Below are positions 61,235 to 64,000 of a stretch of 64,000 nucleotides of DNA, piece by piece. Each line of letters begins with the position of its first letter. Within the stretch, counting starts at the first letter, position 1. The notes beneath the pieces were generated by a model. The model saw only the letters and a program-made list of their open reading frames with translations, did no database searches and was not told the origin of the DNA. The stretch spans positions 32,001 through 96,000 of the forward strand of contig OZ220691.1 in assembly GCA_965116475.1 (NCBI GenBank). Direction: 5' to 3'. This DNA comes from Gemmatimonadota bacterium. GTDB taxonomy: Bacteria; Gemmatimonadota; Gemmatimonadetes; Palauibacterales; Palauibacteraceae. The position numbers and the translations under genes are program-made.

Positions 61235-62109
61235 TCGACGTTCTCCACCTGTTCCCGGAGCCTCTCGATCTCGTTCTTCGCCTCCACCACGAGTCTCGAG
61301 ATACGGGAGTCGTTCGCCTTTGCCCCCAGCGTGTTGAATTCGCGCTGCAACTCCTGCACGAGAAAGCCGAGCCGCCGCCCCACCGGCTCGTCGATCGGGG
61401 CCTCGAGAAACTCCTCGAACGCTTCCACGTGCGAGCGCGCGCGCACGAGTTCCTCGCTGATCTCCCAGCGGTCCGCAATGAGGGCGATCTCGCGCAGCAG
61501 CCGGTCCTCGTCCAGATCCTTCCCCGCCAGATCCGCGACCGCGTCACGGAGCCGGCGGCGCTCGCGTGCGAGCCGTTCCGGCGCCATCGCCTCCGCGCCG
61601 TCGATCGCCTCCCGCAGCCCCGCCAGCCGTCCCCGAAGGTCGACTTCGAGCCGGGCCCCTTCCCCATCCCGCATCTCCACCAGCAGATCGAGCGCGGCCG
61701 CCGCCGCCCGCTTCACATCTTGCAGCTCCGGCACGAACTCCGCGCCTTCGCCGGCCTTGCAGAAGATGCCCCCCACGCGCAGCAGCGAAGCCACGTCCGG
61801 TTCGCCGGACACCCCGAAGTGGTCCCGGAGCCGTGCGCACGCGTCGAGCACTTCCCGCACGCGCGCCTCGTCGAGGCTCGCACCTCCCGTCGCCGGCGCG
61901 CCTTCCACGCGAACGAAAAGGTCCAGGCGCCCGCGGCGGGCCCGGGATTCCGCGAGGGCGCGTAGCTCGCTTTCCCGGCCTTCGACCCCGGGGGGGGCCT
62001 TCACGACGACCTTCAGCCCCCGCGAATTCACCGAGCGCGCCTCGACCGTGACCGTCCCGTCCTCCCGCGTCACGGCCGCCGACCCGTAGCCGGTCATGCT
62101 GCGAATCAC
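61231..62109 (-). CDS. yicC: YicC/YloC family endoribonuclease
   Basis: MIRSMTGYG, SVNSR, GRRLGFLVQELQREFNTLGAK, REQVENVE. Confidence 0.95.
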   Translation of the reverse strand: MIRSMTGYGSAAVTREDGTVTVEARSVNSRGLKVVVKAPPGVEGRESELRALAESRARRGRLDLFVRVEGAPATGGASLDEARVREVLDACARLRDHFGVSGEPDVASLLRVGGIFCKAGEGAEFVPELQDVKRAAAAALDLLVEMRDGEGARLEVDLRGRLAGLREAIDGAEAMAPERLARERRRLRDAVADLAGKDLDEDRLLREIALIADRWEISEELVRARSHVEAFEEFLEAPIDEPVGRRLGFLVQELQREFNTLGAKANDSRISRLVVEAKNEIERLREQVENVE

Positions 62110-62140
62110 TTCGACCTCCGCCGGCGCGGCGCTCGTCCCA

Positions 62141-64000
62141 TCAATTGAAGAACTCCCAGCGCAGGCCGAACACGTTGAGCTGCCGGGGGAAAAGCGCGCC
62201 CTGAAAATCTCCGATCTCGTCCGCCCCCAGGTTGCCGAACCGCCAGAAGAACCGAAAGTCGGCGATCTTGAACATCAGGTGTCCGCCCATCCAGCTGTCG
62301 GCTTCCAGCATCGCCGGGTCGGCCGAGCCGGGAACCGGGACGAGCCGCGTCCCGCGGCGGTCGATGTGCAGCGACACCCAGATGCGAAGGTTCTCGTCGA
62401 AGAAGGAGTCGGTCAGGTACAGCTCGGTGCGGAACAGACGGTCCGGAAGGAAGAGGGTCTCGGCGCCGCGCGAGTCGAACTTTCGCCACGAGGCGCGCAG
62501 GCGGATCGGCTCCACGCCCCGCAGCAGCACGCCGAGCGGCACGACCGGCCCGTCGAAGCGCACCTCCAGCGACGTCAGGTCCACCTCCCCGGAGTCGGCG
62601 ACGACGAGCCGGTCGAAGGGAGCGCCGAAGCCGATCTGCCGGTCCAACCGCTGCTCCGAGTAGCGCCCGCCGAGGTTGAACGGTCCGATCTCGAAGGCGG
62701 CAGCGGCGCCGCGAGAATCGAACCTGACGCTGTCCGCAAGCAGGAATTTCGCCGTCCCTAGGCTGTCGAGCCCGGCATGCCGCGGGAAGCCGATGCCCCG
62801 GGTTCCCTTCGCGGTGAACGCCCTCAGTTCGATCGGAAAGCGGAGCGTTTCCCGGAAGGCCAGCCCGGCGCGCCAGGATTTGGTCGGGAATTCGTTCCAG
62901 CTCGCGAGTTCGGCCCCGCCCTCGAGCGCTAAGGGCCCGATGGGCTGCCAAGCGGAGAGATCCGCGAGGCGCGATGCGTAGGCGTCGCGCCCGGCGAAGC
63001 GGAGCCCCATCGAGATCCCTCCCGACCCGGGCCGAGCCGAGAAGCGCAGACCGACGCCGTCCGCGCCCCACTGAGGCGGAGAAATGCTGTCCGGGAGGTT
63101 CTCGACGGCGTCCGTGAAGGTCGTGGCCTGGCCGTAGGCCTCGAACTGGGCCCGCCGCCCGAGGTTCGCCCGCGTCCGCAGCACGAACTCCCGGCGTGAG
63201 AATTCAAGCGTGTCGAGCCCGGTGCGTTCGATGTTCTCCGAGCGGTAGTCGAACTGAACCCCGAAGTCGTTCGAGCGCGGCATCCACGAGAAGCGGCCCT
63301 GTACCGCGAACCGGTTCTGATCGTTCTGCCGATCCCGGACGTCGTACCGTTCGAAGGAGGCCTCTACGTTGGACGCGCCGCCCAGCGAGTTGGCGAAGAC
63401 GGCGTCGAGGATCTCGGAGCGCGGGTCTCCGGTCAGTCCGCTGACGCGCGAGTAGGCCTGGACCCCGTCGTGGCGAATGAGGTCGACATCGATGACGAGG
63501 CCGTCCGCGCCGCGGTACACGCGCACCCGGTCGACGTAGTTCAACGACACGCGCCGGAGGTCCCCCTGGCTTCGGGAGAGGGGGAGGACTTCACGACCGT
63601 CGATGTAGAGGGTCACGAGCCCCGGTCCGAAGCCGCCGTCGAAGACGTGGTGCGGTCCCTGGAAGAACTCGCCGCGAACGCCCGTGATGCCCGGAACGTG
63701 CTCGAGCAGGAGTTCGAGGAGGGTAAACGAGGGCGACGCGTGCACGCACTCCCGGTCGCAATCGAAAACCTCGTGCGTGGGGCCGCGCAGGCCTGTCAGC
63801 CGCTCCGGAAAGCTCTGCGCCCGCCCGGCCACGCTGTCGGCGAACGCGGCGAGGACCGAGTCGGGGACGACTTCCAGGCTGTCCGAAACCGGCGGCAGGC
63901 TGTCCGGGACGGGTGGATCCTGGGCATGGGCCGCGGAGACGCCCCCGACCGCGAGCAGAAGCGCGCCGAGCAGCTGAACGCCGAGCAGCCGAACGCCGAG
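62141..64000 (-). CDS. Outer-membrane beta-barrel protein with a TonB-plug-like N-domain (putative porin); 5' end outside the window
   Basis: Frame stays open to 64000: LGVRLLGVQLLGALLLAVGGVSAAHA-QDPP (signal peptide). Plug-like LLEHVPGI..LYIDG..VDRVRVYRG; C-terminal barrel signature FGLRWEFFN. Confidence 0.7.
   Translation of the reverse strand, partial: LGVRLLGVQLLGALLLAVGGVSAAHAQDPPVPDSLPPVSDSLEVVPDSVLAAFADSVAGRAQSFPERLTGLRGPTHEVFDCDRECVHASPSFTLLELLLEHVPGITGVRGEFFQGPHHVFDGGFGPGLVTLYIDGREVLPLSRSQGDLRRVSLNYVDRVRVYRGADGLVIDVDLIRHDGVQAYSRVSGLTGDPRSEILDAVFANSLGGASNVEASFERYDVRDRQNDQNRFAVQGRFSWMPRSNDFGVQFDYRSENIERTGLDTLEFSRREFVLRTRANLGRRAQFEAYGQATTFTDAVENLPDSISPPQWGADGVGLRFSARPGSGGISMGLRFAGRDAYASRLADLSAWQPIGPLALEGGAELASWNEFPTKSWRAGLAFRETLRFPIELRAFTAKGTRGIGFPRHAGLDSLGTAKFLLADSVRFDSRGAAAAFEIGPFNLGGRYSEQRLDRQIGFGAPFDRLVVADSGEVDLTSLEVRFDGPVVPLGVLLRGVEPIRLRASWRKFDSRGAETLFLPDRLFRTELYLTDSFFDENLRIWVSLHIDRRGTRLVPVPGSADPAMLEADSWMGGHLMFKIADFRFFWRFGNLGADEIGDFQGALFPRQLNVFGLRWEFFN
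63964..64000. repeat. 15-bp tandem repeat within the signal-peptide coding region
   Basis: cgccgagcagctgaa cgccgagcagccgaa cgccgag (truncated by the window edge). Confidence 0.7.

Overview
High-GC (roughly 70% by eye) bacterial core-genome segment. About 73 CDS are tightly packed, almost all on the minus strand, with many ATGA/GTGA stop-start overlaps. Only an alpha/beta hydrolase, an aminotransferase and rnhA are on +. Reading in transcription direction from the right end: outer-membrane barrel protein, yicC-gmk-rpoZ-coaBC-UDG4-dnaB-ispD-tsaC-LMW phosphatase-aroE-comF-gap-pgk-tpiA-secG; rnhA; carA-sppA-HU; aminotransferase; Moco cluster (hyp-moaD-moaE-40 aa peptide-moaA); dcd; full nuoA-N operon (fused NuoCD, short NuoG); PMM/PGM-sucC-sucD-CBS-ndk-yceD-rpmF-plsX-fabD-fabG-acpP-fabF-purE-ispF-dedA-xerD-nitroreductase; kdsB-pyrG-kdsA-kdsC-lptC-lptA-lptB-rpoN-GT2-GT-C-membrane protein. 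Gene order and protein style suggest Gemmatimonadota (FCB group); this is inference only. I found no CRISPR, prophage, IS element, tRNA or rRNA. Most interesting signals: (1) mucin-like arrays of D-S/T-x motifs, the Bacteroidota O-glycosylation sequon, in LptC, LptA and an OM protein, in an apparent operon ending in a GT2/GT-C/flippase-like trio; (2) an unannotated 40-aa exported acidic Met/Cys peptide inside the Moco cluster; (3) an RNase HI whose catalytic Glu appears to have moved; (4) a Rex/CRP-type operator just downstream of the nuo promoter; (5) chained micro-ORFs ahead of sucC. Many start codons were re-chosen by hand from the ORF track.
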